NCBI GenBank assembly: GCA_002633005.1
Contig: NMRA01000011.1
Location: 563,395 to 627,394, forward strand
Direction of reading: 5' to 3'
Length of the DNA: 64,000 bases
From: Phoronis australis
Taxonomy: Eukaryota > Animalia > Phoronida
The translations under genes were made by a program, and so were the position numbers. The notes below the pieces were generated by a model. That model did not search any database and was not told where the DNA came from. It saw only the letters and a list, made by a program, of their open reading frames with translations. Positions 24,871 to 35,935 of the stretch are shown here, in pieces. Positions within the stretch are counted from its first letter, which is position 1; every line of letters begins with the position of its first letter.

Positions 24871-24949
24871 ATGGTTCGGTCAGTCTTGTTAGTAATCTTG
24901 GTGGCTTTGGCGAAGGCGCACATTATACTTGCTGGTACCAACGGTAAAG
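24871..24949 (+). CDS. EGFR-like L-domain protein, putative exon 1 (signal peptide)
   Basis: Good Kozak context (gccATGG); MVRSVLLVILVALAKAHIILAGTNGK. The phase-1 donor AAG|GTACGT (alternative phase-1 donor after 24943) fits the phase-1 acceptor at 35751. Linkage across the 10.8-kb intron is inferred. Confidence 0.65.
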
Positions 24950-27000
24950 GTACGTGATGAGAATGAGTCGTTTACTTTCAATAGATTGCCATTGATACAT
25001 GTAAGTCAAATGTATGCGAAAGCCGATAGACCTAAATTGATATAGGCCTACATGTAACTGCAAGAAGCGCTTCTCCACAGTAATCAACTCTTATAAACAT
25101 ATTTTTCCAAAACTAATATCAAAATAGAGTTAGAACGATATCACGCCGGTGTAGGGTTAATACTGTGGAGAGCTTGAAATTATTTCTCACTCCATAGCGC
25201 ATATGTATGCACAAAACCATCGCTTCAGCTTTTCAACTGCTCGAATGCTGAGCTTTGAGTTTTTGCAGAGAGCCGCCAGTTGTCAACTGCCTGGCTTGAA
25301 AGCTTAACTAGAACGAAGAACTTGACTGATTGTTATAAAACTAATCACGCTGCACAAGCACAAATAAAGGGTGTCTCTAAGTTGTGGGATACATTTTAAA
25401 TAAGAATAACTGGAAAAAGAGATCTTGTGTTTAAACGCTTCTTGCTTACGACATAGGCAAAGCACTTGATATGAGCTGCCAAATAATGCCTCCTGTGGTG
25501 ATTTTTATTCCCTGTCTCTCCAGAGTTTATCAGTTCATCTATTTCTTCATGCCTTATACCTCGTGGCCACAATAATTTCCCTTTCTTTTGCCAACCTTCG
25601 GTCTCCTTTTCATCTCCAGAAACTGATCTTGTGACCCAAGTGGTCGGGACATATTTCAATCGGAATTACATTCACCATGTGCACACTTCTGCCATGTAAG
25701 CGCTCATTTGCTGTATTTCTAATGGCAACCATTACATTAACTGATGTAAAAGGTGAAGTTATTGCCATGTAGTATGAGTCCTTGTGCAAAGGACGACATT
25801 TAGAAAGGTTGTGGAATTGTGCGGTAATCTACAGCGCCTGTAGATGCGCGTCTCGGAAACGTATTTCATATGAGAGAGGTTCGATCAAACGTTAAACGTG
25901 AACGAGAACGCGTGAGGTCGGCATTATTTGCTTACTACGTCATCATATTGATCTACATTTTGTGCTCAGCCTAGTCTCAAGGGCGGTGAATGCCACTGAT
26001 CTCACGTAAGTCCAAAACGTGAATTTTAATTGTCGATTTATCGTAAAAGATCGTTAGATGTGTACAAATTTAAAGTTGGTGTAGCTTAGTTTAACTTGCT
26101 CGGTTAATTGTTTGAAATATGACCTTTGTTGTGAGACTCTCCTCGCGTGGATGATTTTTCTCAGCAAAGCCACAGAAATCGGATGGATGATAAGACACAC
26201 GGAAATAGCATACTACTACTTCGTGCCAAAATATCTTAATTTCGGTAACATTTTATGAAAGCAAATGAGAGGAATGCTTTAATTATAAACATTCTAAGCA
26301 AACAGTAATAACTAAAAGTTTGTGAATTAAGTGCATTTTTGCCCAAAATGACGGTTGGTATCAGAAAATTGACAGCTTAGAATTTGTATAACTGGGATGT
26401 TGTTTGTTTTCACTGGGGGCAGAATATAATGATGTCAACACGGTCTTAGCTCTTACGCCCTGTTCCCTGCTGCCACCGACTGTTTCACGCATGCAGTCGT
26501 CCATGAGAAAAACTCGCATGGTTTCTAGCTACACCCGTACAGATGTCGAACTGCTGGAAAGTGTCAACTTACCGACCCCCTGTTATCACTACTAGTAGTA
26601 GTAGTAAACATTGGAACTTAACAACCCAGCCTAGTATTCTGTACATGCAATAAATAAATTTTTAGAAAATACCTAAAGACATTTCGTTATGCAAAAACAA
26701 CACAAAAACAGTGTATGAGATGACATCGATTTTTTCTACATCCAATATTTATGATCTTACAAAATAATAAGTTGATGTGAAGCTGATGTATGTATACAAA
26801 ACTTGTAGTAATTATCTTTACAGGCTTTTCAGTTTCATTCATGCACTTTCGAGAACGCCATGATATTTTCGTAATAGCGGATATAATAGTTTTACAGTTA
26901 CATCATATATTGAGAATTATACCACAATATTAGCTTCGAATGACATATACAACCGTGTAATAACCCATTTAGTTATCTCACTAGTGAGATAACATTTTGG

Positions 27001-27080
27001 CGGGAAACCGAGGCCAGTTTCGAACCCGGGCCTCAAGAGTTTCGGTCACCGACTTTACCACTACACCACTCAGCAGCTGA
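27001..27080 (-). mobile_element. tRNA-derived SINE-like head (Pol III A and B boxes)
   Basis: The minus strand reads ..GAGTGGTGTAGTGGTAAAG..(A box)..GGGTTCGAAAC (B box). I could not see a clean cloverleaf. A perfect 22-bp palindrome GTTATCTCACTAGTGAGATAAC lies adjacent at 26972-26993. Confidence 0.6.
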
Positions 27081-27603
27081 CGTCATCGAACGTGAAAATA
27101 GAATACTTAAATGAACACGCGCAACAATCGCATGTTCAGCAAAGGGCATTGCACCGACATTTATACGCTATGAAAAATAAGACGCACAATTTCCATAAAA
27201 ACGATATTTTAATTCAGTGAAATTTTTCTCTATTGTTCTCTAACTTGTAAATCACCGATCTCCAATTTGAATGCGGGTATCGTGTCGTCGGGATCCTTTG
27301 ACTTGAGCATTATACTCAGTTACTAGTGGTAACCTACTTTAGCAGACGATATTTTCCCGGTCGAAGCTTAGCGTGATAAAATGTGTAGTAAGCTATAATA
27401 TTTGCCAAACCTTAATTTATAGATTCACTTTATTTCTATTTTGTTTAAATTTACAATTGGTTTTGAGTAAAAGCATTATTTGACAAAAATAGCTCGGCTT
27501 TTCTTAAAAGGTCACGACCCCCGGGCCTCTGACATAGAAAGTACTTACAAAGCCGAGGCGAGTCGAGAAAGGTAGATCGATTCATTGCAATGTTTCTCGT
27601 TGT

Positions 27604-27775
27604 ATAAATAGATTTTTACATGTTCTCAGTCGTTAACCCATTATCTAGAGCCCTCGTGGATTTTGTAGAATTATCACCCTCGGGGCTAACACCCCTCGGG
27701 CGATAATTCTCAAAATCCACTCGGGCTCTAGATAACGGGAGATAACGACTTCGCCATGTAATAATCTATATTTAT
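27604..27775. repeat. ~170-bp foldback (palindromic MITE-like) element
   Basis: Arms ttatctagagccc..gtggattttg.agaattatc and gataattctcaaaatccac..gggctctagataa. Confidence 0.8.
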
Positions 27776-30700
27776 TATAGTTGCGCAATTATATGTCCCG
27801 GTGCAAGTTGGTTAAGCAGACGTCACTGGCGTCATCCATTTAAATGAACACCTGTGAGTAGAACAAGACACAAAATAATGGCAGACTTGAATGAAGTTGG
27901 CAACAGTTGTCAAGAGAATCTTAGACATTATTAACCTAAATAAGCAATATTGTTTATTCATTATGTATAGTTTTTCATTTGAATGCGTAAACTAAGAATG
28001 GTCACTTCATTGAATTTAACCAAAGTAAACTAATTCTCCATTTTCGTACAAAAGTTAAAAGAATCACTCTGAACAAGCTTACTGTACACTTTATATGCAT
28101 CCCAAACTGAGACTGAAGCTAACCAATGTGACCTTACAGATAAGAAATACGTGTACGCTCATGTCACAATTCTATAAACTATTGTTTTGTTATGGTAGAG
28201 TGCAACTTCTAAATCCATTTTTGACAATTTCTTGAAACCATCATCATTTTGTTCGATCCCAGACTATGTTTTGGCTAATTCAATCAAACGTTCCACATAT
28301 GCTTGGTTAACAACATTGAAGTGAACAAGTCAAATACACAGTTAAGTCACAGGGCCGTAATGGTGTATTTCTTCAGATCCTAGAATCCCATGTACATTTG
28401 TCTGTATCCTGCATGTCTCTTTTTAGTCTATTTGTTGTGATAGTGTGGGTTGCGACCTACAACCACTTCATCTCGGGAATGAGGCTAATTCATATGTGAC
28501 AGAGATAAAACCAGGAGAAATAGATAGGGAAGTTCAGTCCCAAGACAGCACCAAAATACTCCCCAACACATTAAAGCTCCGTCATTAAGAGAAGAGAAAA
28601 TAGCTATGCATGTACTCAGGGTCCCTAAAAATGAATGGTCTTCAATTAGTTTACTTAACATTAACTGAGTGTGCAATCACTAATTGGTAATTCAGTTGTG
28701 TTTTGTTAGTGCCTGTTCTAAATCACCCAGTGTATTTGATTTGTTTTCTGTAGTTAATGGATTGAAGACAACAAAAAGTAAATATAGCTGTAAACAGCAG
28801 TTTGCCTAATTGTACGTGAAACTTAATTCTTTCTCAAGGAAATCTTATCACATACAGAGAAGAGGATCAGATGATGGCAAAATGTAACGCAAAATGAGGT
28901 CCACGCGATGATGACAGGAAATGGTGGCGAACTACCAAAGAATCATATCCTCTCTCACTAAGTCTTGATCAACTATAAAATCTTTCTTTTGTTTGATTCT
29001 TATAACAGCAAATCAAAGTATCCCCTGGCATTAAAAGTGGAAATCCCAGGTGGTCATCTGGTTGTTTCCTACTCTTTTATTTTAGATTCTGTTGAAGGGA
29101 ACATGCCTAAAATCTGAAAAGTAACACTTGTCTGAAAAAAGCTGAACTCTGAAGAGTCTAAAGAGCTTTCTATAAAGGAAAACAATTTGGCTATGGGAAA
29201 ATGTTCATTTCATTGATAAAATTAACTGAACGAACTAAACAGAAAGGAAAAGTCAAAATTCCAACTACTAAACACTTTATCAACAATGAATAAAAAATTA
29301 ATAATTTACAGGCGACATTTAAAAATCTTGTTGTTGAAGAAAAAGAACAATACCCCACTCTATACATATGAAACGTGAACAAATCATCAGATTATTCAAT
29401 CGTAAAAATAAGTTCCTCGGTTATTTCGACGTAAAGTCATCTATGGAGGTCAGATTCGTCTGCATTTTCATCAAACTTGTGCAGTACCACAATCTGTCAT
29501 ATTTGTTCATTTGTTTGGGTTTGTTTTGGTCTATTGGTCTGCCTGTTATTGCTCAAAAATAACTTGGACCCTGTGTTGGTGCCAGGAATGACATGGTTCT
29601 CATTCAAATTGGTCTTGTTATCTCTTAGTTTACTAAGTTGTCTCTTTATTGAATAACTGTCCATTTTGGATTTACTTTTATGTTAGCACAGCAAAAGATT
29701 TCAGATATGTCTCTGTCAACTTGCTTTGTTTTTTGTCGACTAACTGCTATGGCCCATCCAGCCTGAGTATCCATGTGATGTACTGCTCATCTCTGTAGTA
29801 AACATGTTGATGTCGTAGACCAAGTAAGTCACCCGACCAAGTTTACTTGGTCGGAAGACTTACTTGGTCTACGACTTTGACACATTGCCCATTCGAAGAA
29901 GCATTGCTTGCAAGCGACAAGATGACCATTAACATATGTTGAAGAAACAGTGGTGGTTGCTTTCTGTATGTCAGGGTACAAGTGATTTAGATTCTATAAA
30001 GTGTCGCAGAATGAAAGCGTTGTCTTAACACAATCTATCTATTCCCGTTCGCATGACGCAAACACTTGACGTTTATTGCACAATTATATTTCTTGTACAA
30101 TTATCTTGCTGTGTAGTCACTCTGACATGTGTGTATGGTGAGTATGTACTTATATTCTTGTAACATTATAAGTTACAGTGGACACTGCTTTTACACATCA
30201 CTCTAATATTTGACTTCGAATGATACATTCTGATTGCAGTCACTGTGTAGCTCAATTAGCCATCTGTTGTTTTGCTCAAGTTGCTTTGTTTTTCTACAGA
30301 AAACATCAAGGACATTTACTCAATTCATCAGTTTACCCGACATTTACTATATTGTTTTACATGGAGTATGGATAAAAATAATATTGTACTTGCTTTCTAG
30401 CCTAAGTCAGACTTCAATCAAATTTGAGCAGAAGTTGACAGCTTAGTGCATTCACCTCACGAAGGCGAACAGAATTTCGTTGAGCTAGACTATTTGTTGT
30501 ATAATGTTTAAGCATTTATACCTTAAAAAGAAAAATTAGCGTTGTTAACTGTGTGTGGTTAGAAATATTTTATAACTGCACTGTCCTTATTTAAGAAAGG
30601 AAGGGAAAATTCAAAAATAATTCCAATGTTCATTTGGCCAAAGACTAATGACATTTTCAGTTGAAAATTGCGTGTACTGAACATCCATTGACTGTGCTAA

Positions 30701-33029
30701 AACATACATATATGTGCATCCAACAGTGTGTGTACATCGTTCCTATTCTACATCAATTTTTCATGTTCTGTCCTGCACCACTATACTTCTATTTAAATAA
30801 GTGAAATGCAACTACCGTTCTTCTGCATCCATGTTATTTTATCATTGTTTGCAATTACCTCTGATGAATGTTAAAGCTTTACAATGTATTCAATTCCTGA
30901 AACTTTGGTTCAAATTGTCTCTCATTAGCTGCTCGCCACTATTTATTGTATAAACAAGTTATGAAGAAACAGAGGCAAGCTTAGTTGTTAGAACTACAAG
31001 CGGTATTCGATTTTACTGTCATTTCTTGGACTTTCCTGAGTCCTAATTTGATTTGTAGGTTTTGAAATTTTCCATTGAAGTTGTGCAATGCTTTGTTTAA
31101 CATTTGTATATATAAAAATACGATTCTGAGTATATTTTAAAATTGGTATTTCGTGTTTTCAGTTGTCTCACTGGTTCATCTACATAATCACCAGTGTTCG
31201 CATTTACCACAGAAAGCTTGGTTATAAACTGTCTTTTTGGTTTCTTTCCCTCAAATTGTTTATGAAACTGATGCAGCTGGTCAAAACTATACTGCCCCGT
31301 CATTCTAGGGCTCCAGAGGGCCCAACCTAGAAAAATATTGCAACAGAAGGTTTTTTTTTGCATAAATGGCATCTTCAAACATCCCTTGGTGACAGAAAAA
31401 GTCTTCCAAAGTGGGAGAGGCGGAATTCGGTTTTTCAAGATGGCGGAAAAATGGCCGCCAAACCGGTGTTTAATGCTTTTTGACTTGTTACTTTTATGCA
31501 ACAGCTGGAAATAACACAATAGAGCTTGTCATTTGTTATATACTTTTAATAACAGACATACCAATCAAAAGATGCTAATTTTCCATAAAATGAAACCAAT
31601 ATGGCTTACAAAATTGCGGCTGAAACGGCAATTTGGTACATGTTGCAAAATTTCTTGTCATATTTTGCCCTGAAAATGGCAAAATTTCTGAAGTTAGACA
31701 ATTGAAAATATTTGGATCTTACAGTTAGTCACTGATTGGATAGAAAAAATCAAGATGGCCGACAAAATGGCCGCCAACTCACAAATAACTCCAATGTACC
31801 GCATGCGCATTCTGCAAACGTTGTTTGTAAACTGAGAAACGTTTACACAAAACATTTTACAATCTACAGTTAGGCTTGATGAGTTGATTCTTTATAAAGT
31901 TGTTTATAAGATTTAGGTATTAAATGTGGAATTTTAATCACATTTTAGATTATTTAACGTAAAATTTGGTGTTTTTCAGAAAAGGCTTTAGTTAAATTTT
32001 CATAAGGAACTTCACACACTCACTTATTTTTCTGTAAAATATATTCATTTGAGGCATCAAAAATAATATTTGTTAGACGAATATTAATTCTGGTGGAATT
32101 ATTGGCTTATTCAGTACACAAACCCTGAATCACATTGGGCAGGAAGTGGCTTTTCTCTCTGCTATTGGACATATTATCAGTTGTTCCCATGTAAAGATTT
32201 CGTCTGCTACTGACACAGTGGAGAATTTGGCATCTGATTTTACCTGAATTTGATGAAAAATGAATAAATTTGTGTAACAAAAATCTAATAGTTAAATTAT
32301 TAACATTAAGTACTCGTGATTGGTTTAATACGCATGCTTTTTATGAACATAACTGATTTTAGAGGAAATTAGTGCCAGCAAACCAAACGACAGTGAGATG
32401 CAGTCGCTTGTTCTTAGCCAGTCTTGGCGGATTTCATACTGAGATGAGCTTTTTGGGATTTATTGGATACGTAATGTCAGGCATCATGCTTCAAGTTCTT
32501 AATACAGTGTATGCATCAAACAGTGTGATCCATATGCTAAATTTAAAAAGTGTGGATAGAGCAGTGAGGGGCATATGTTGGTAGGCTCAGCACTGAATGC
32601 TATCGTCACAGCCAGAGCATTCAACCTCCCACTTCCAAATATTGACAGATCACGTGACGCCAATCCAGAACCAATGACTTCAGGATTTCAAGAAAGAAGT
32701 TCCGGTTCTTCAGAAATTCCAGGAGTCCCGAATGTCACCAACACTGAACACACTGATTCCGTGCCAAGAGGTAGAGCAATTCAATGTTTGTATACAAACG
32801 TTGGCTCGTCAGAATATATGGAGACAGATTCTTCAGATATATCAACTGATCACATAACTATAGATGTGTACACTGGAACATGCAATGCACACTCAGTGTC
32901 TTCCTATTCTGAACCTTGGATTACAGTGGAATACACTCACGAGAGTTCACTCCTGGCTTCCGACATGCCACTGGTATATTCAAACAGGACTGAATCAGAG
33001 TATTACGTCTTCAAAATTCGTAGTGACAG

Positions 33030-33264
33030 CAGAGGCGGATCTACAGGGGGGGTTCAGGGGGTTTAAATCCCCCCTCGGGACAGGATCAAAAATAAAAACC
33101 GGAAAAAAACGCCAGAAAAACGAAATTAGCTACTAAAAATCCCAAAAAATCTTACACGGGAGGAGGGAAACCCTCTCGCGACCTTCCTTCTCCTCGGCGC
33201 TACGCGCCTCGGATTCTCTCGAATCCTAAACCCCCCCCTTACTGAAATCGTATATCTGCCACTG
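33030..33264. mobile_element. MITE (CAGAGGCGGATCTAC...GTATATCTGCCACTG), 5-bp TSD GACAG, nested in the Academ-like remnant
   Basis: GACAG at 33025-33029 and 33265-33269; imperfect 15-bp TIRs. Confidence 0.85.
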
Positions 33265-34020
33265 GACAGAATGGTTTGTCAGAGGAATTTATGGCCACTA
33301 ATATACTGGATTATTTGAAAGCTGGTATGAAGTTGTATGATGATATTATTGCTGGCATCAGTGACGTCTATGTGCGGCGATGTATGCTCGTCGTAGTGTC
33401 TTGTAGGAATCCATAAAAACGAAGCACATAAATCAGACTTGTCTTAGCAAAGTCAAAACCAGCAGTCTCCAGCTACAGTATATGAAGACGAATGACATCT
33501 TGCAACTTTTTCTAAAAGCAGAAATAACGTCAGATTGGGAACTTCACTTAAAAGTAATTTCTAACATGCTGCCTTACTTTGCACCTGCTGGCTACATCTC
33601 ATATGCAAAATTTGCATACATGTACTTATAGCAGATGCACCAACTCAAAGACACCCATCCAGACGTGTACAGCACCTTTATTAACAGCCACCATGCCATA
33701 AGACCAAGTGACAGATTCTGGGCATGCTTGTCATCTGACCTTGTAATTGAACAAACGCTCATGAAAACCATTAAATCATCAGGAGGTTTAACTAGTGGTT
33801 GCGGAACGGGAGATACGCAGCATGCACTGTTGCTGCTTTCCATGCCGGCATGCATGCTAAAGTATAAATGGCGCCATGTAGAGTATGACAAACTTGAGTT
33901 GCGAAACAAGTGAGTTGCACAAAGAATGTACCCTCGCAAGACAGCCGCGGGATGTCAAATACATCATCAGCCTTGTTGAATTCCTCCACAACAGAAACCC
34001 ATTTGAAAGGGATTACAGAA

Positions 34021-34160
34021 CATAGTCGGTGCAGCACTGGAAAAAGTGGGGGGCTAAAGCCCCTCAGCCCCCTGTGGTGCACTGCCTATAGACCATGTGC
34101 GGCGTAGCACTGAAAAAGGGGGGCTATAGCCCCCCAGCCCCTTGTGGTGCGCCGCCCATG
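34021..34160. mobile_element. Dimeric MITE, 5-bp TSD CAGAA, nested in the Academ-like remnant
   Basis: CAGAA at 34016-34020 and 34161-34165; inverted relative of 16805-16960. Confidence 0.8.
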
Positions 34161-35750
34161 CAGAACATCACCACTGTTATGACTGCAGGCACACGCGCGC
34201 GCGTCAATGGGAAAAATGCCAGAGAAGCGCGGGGGCGGGGCAATTCTCTTGTCTATAGACTGGTCGAGTTTTTAAGACTTCACATTCAGAAAGAAAGACA
34301 AGGTTGTGGCAATGACACGTCCACTAATTCATGTTGCCAATAGTGTTTTTACACAAGTGGATCCACAACTGCTCTTTCAGCGATTACTCAGTGACAGCAG
34401 CAAAAGACAACAGTGAATGTTTATCAAGCCTTTTGAAGTTTGAGCTGTGTGTTGGTTCTCCCCCTCTTTTTGATACATCTGGTCTTCCCAGAGTCACTGA
34501 GCTGATGCACTCTGGTCCAGTGGAGCACGACCTACTTGAGGATTACCAATTTCCAGAAAACAAGTAGTTCCATCCATTCATGTGTGGTTTTGGAGTATGG
34601 ATCTGATGTGTTTGTCAGCAATTAGCCTGGTACTTATTGTAGTTAGACATTGTTTATGACAAGGGTCTGAAAATTTTTAGACCAGGCGAACAATCGTCAT
34701 GAGCAGCCAGTTGCTGGTAACAATCAGATTAATTGATCCCTGATTTCAAAATAACAGGCGTTTTTCAATGGAAGTAGCTGATTCTGAAATCAGGAATCAG
34801 TCCAGCCTCCCGTTCAGTAACGCTAGGACCTCGCTAAAAATCAAGACTTCGCGAAATTACGTGAGATATTGCCGTGTATTTTAAATGAGAACACGTGACT
34901 TTGACTAGGTTTTACCTAGGTCCTAGCGTAGGTCCTAGCGTCTACTGAACGCACGCCAGGACTCATAAAACAATATATTATCCAGTTGCCAAACTTGTCG
35001 TGCCACNTCTTTGAAGGGAGATATTGTTGGGCAGTTTCTAAGATACGTTTTCTTGCCGCCCTCAAAATGAGCGCTGCACACTTTATGCTACGAAGTCGGA
35101 AAGAATTCACGAAGTCGGCCTTTGCTACCAGCTCTTCCGATGTCTCTGACCCATGTTTAACGCAGTTCTTGATCCTTGGGAAACAGTTAGTTACTAATTT
35201 TTTTATTTCGCCCTGACGCTTGCCGACGTACTTGTTTACCAGCTTAACCACAATGCAACATTCTGACCCATTTCCAATATGGCGGCGTTGCAACTCCGCT
35301 ATTGTGTTGGTTGTGACATGTATTTGACCACATTGTGGCTCTATTCATTTTCCCGCCGTACAGCGGATTAGCGCGGATACAGCACACGTTTGTACAAGAA
35401 ACTTGCATGTTCGGGTGGACATGACACACTGATGCTGGGTACGTGCATACTTCACAGGCATGTCCACTTCCAATTGAAGTCGCTTTCCTTCTATTTTCTC
35501 GTATTTGAGCTATTCAATTAAAGAATGTGATATGCAGTGGTCTAAAGGAAAATGATGTTGACAATGTAGTCCCTTGTTGTAACTACACTGTAGGTAAATG
35601 GTAGTTTTAAGCTATTTCAAGTGCAGCCGAAGGTCTCTAATGGAACACAACGAATACGCAACCGCGTGAACTTGCGACTTCTGGTGAATCACGCGTTCTC
35701 GGATATTTTCGTTTGTGTTAAACGCAATGTGGTTTCGTTGATTTTTGCAG

Positions 35751-35935
35751 GAACAAAGAAATGTCAAGGGACAAACAATCGATTCAGCGCACCGTTGGGT
35801 TACGCCCATAATCGCTACCTGTACTACCGCAACAGGTATTCCAACTGTTCGGTGGTCGAAGGGAATTTGGAGATCACTCACCTCGATGCACGTGACGCCA
35901 ATTTTGATATGAGTTTCCTCAATGGAATTGAAGAG
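35751..35935 (+). CDS. EGFR-like: EGFR/ErbB-like receptor L1 domain, exon 2
   Basis: (G)TKKCQGTNNRFS...RYSNCSVVEGNLEITHL....DMSFLNGIEE matches the EGFR start CQGTSN...NCEVVLGNLEITY...DLSFL. Acceptor atttttgcag, donor GAG|GTGAG. Confidence 0.92.

Larger units (their letters stand above)
21153..25019. repeat. ~1.8-kb duplication 21153-22974 / 23202-25019 either side of an N gap (probable haplotypes); includes the EGFR-like exon 1
   Basis: Colinear copies with many SNPs and small indels; gap at 22975-23200. Confidence 0.85.
31290..34567 (+). mobile_element. Degraded Academ-like DNA transposon in intron 1 of the EGFR-like gene
   Basis: Disrupted transposase-like blocks in the expected order: LGGFHTEMSFLGFIGYVM..VYASNSVIHML..RAVRG(H) at ~32420-32600; ..DWELHL..MLPYFAPAG..YAK..HPDV..RPSDRFWACLSSDLVIEQTLMKTIKSSGGLT at ~33480-33860; VDPQLLFQRL / FELC..PPLFD.SGLPR at ~34355-34495. 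The family assignment is from recall and the left end is approximate. Confidence 0.65.

Noticed and set aside
27001-27080. Functional tRNA gene
   Set aside because: A and B boxes are present but the acceptor and anticodon stems do not pair convincingly, so I treated it as SINE-like.
32575-33066. 163-aa ORF as a standalone gene
   Set aside because: It is a frameshifted, low-complexity part of the Academ-like relic that runs into a MITE.
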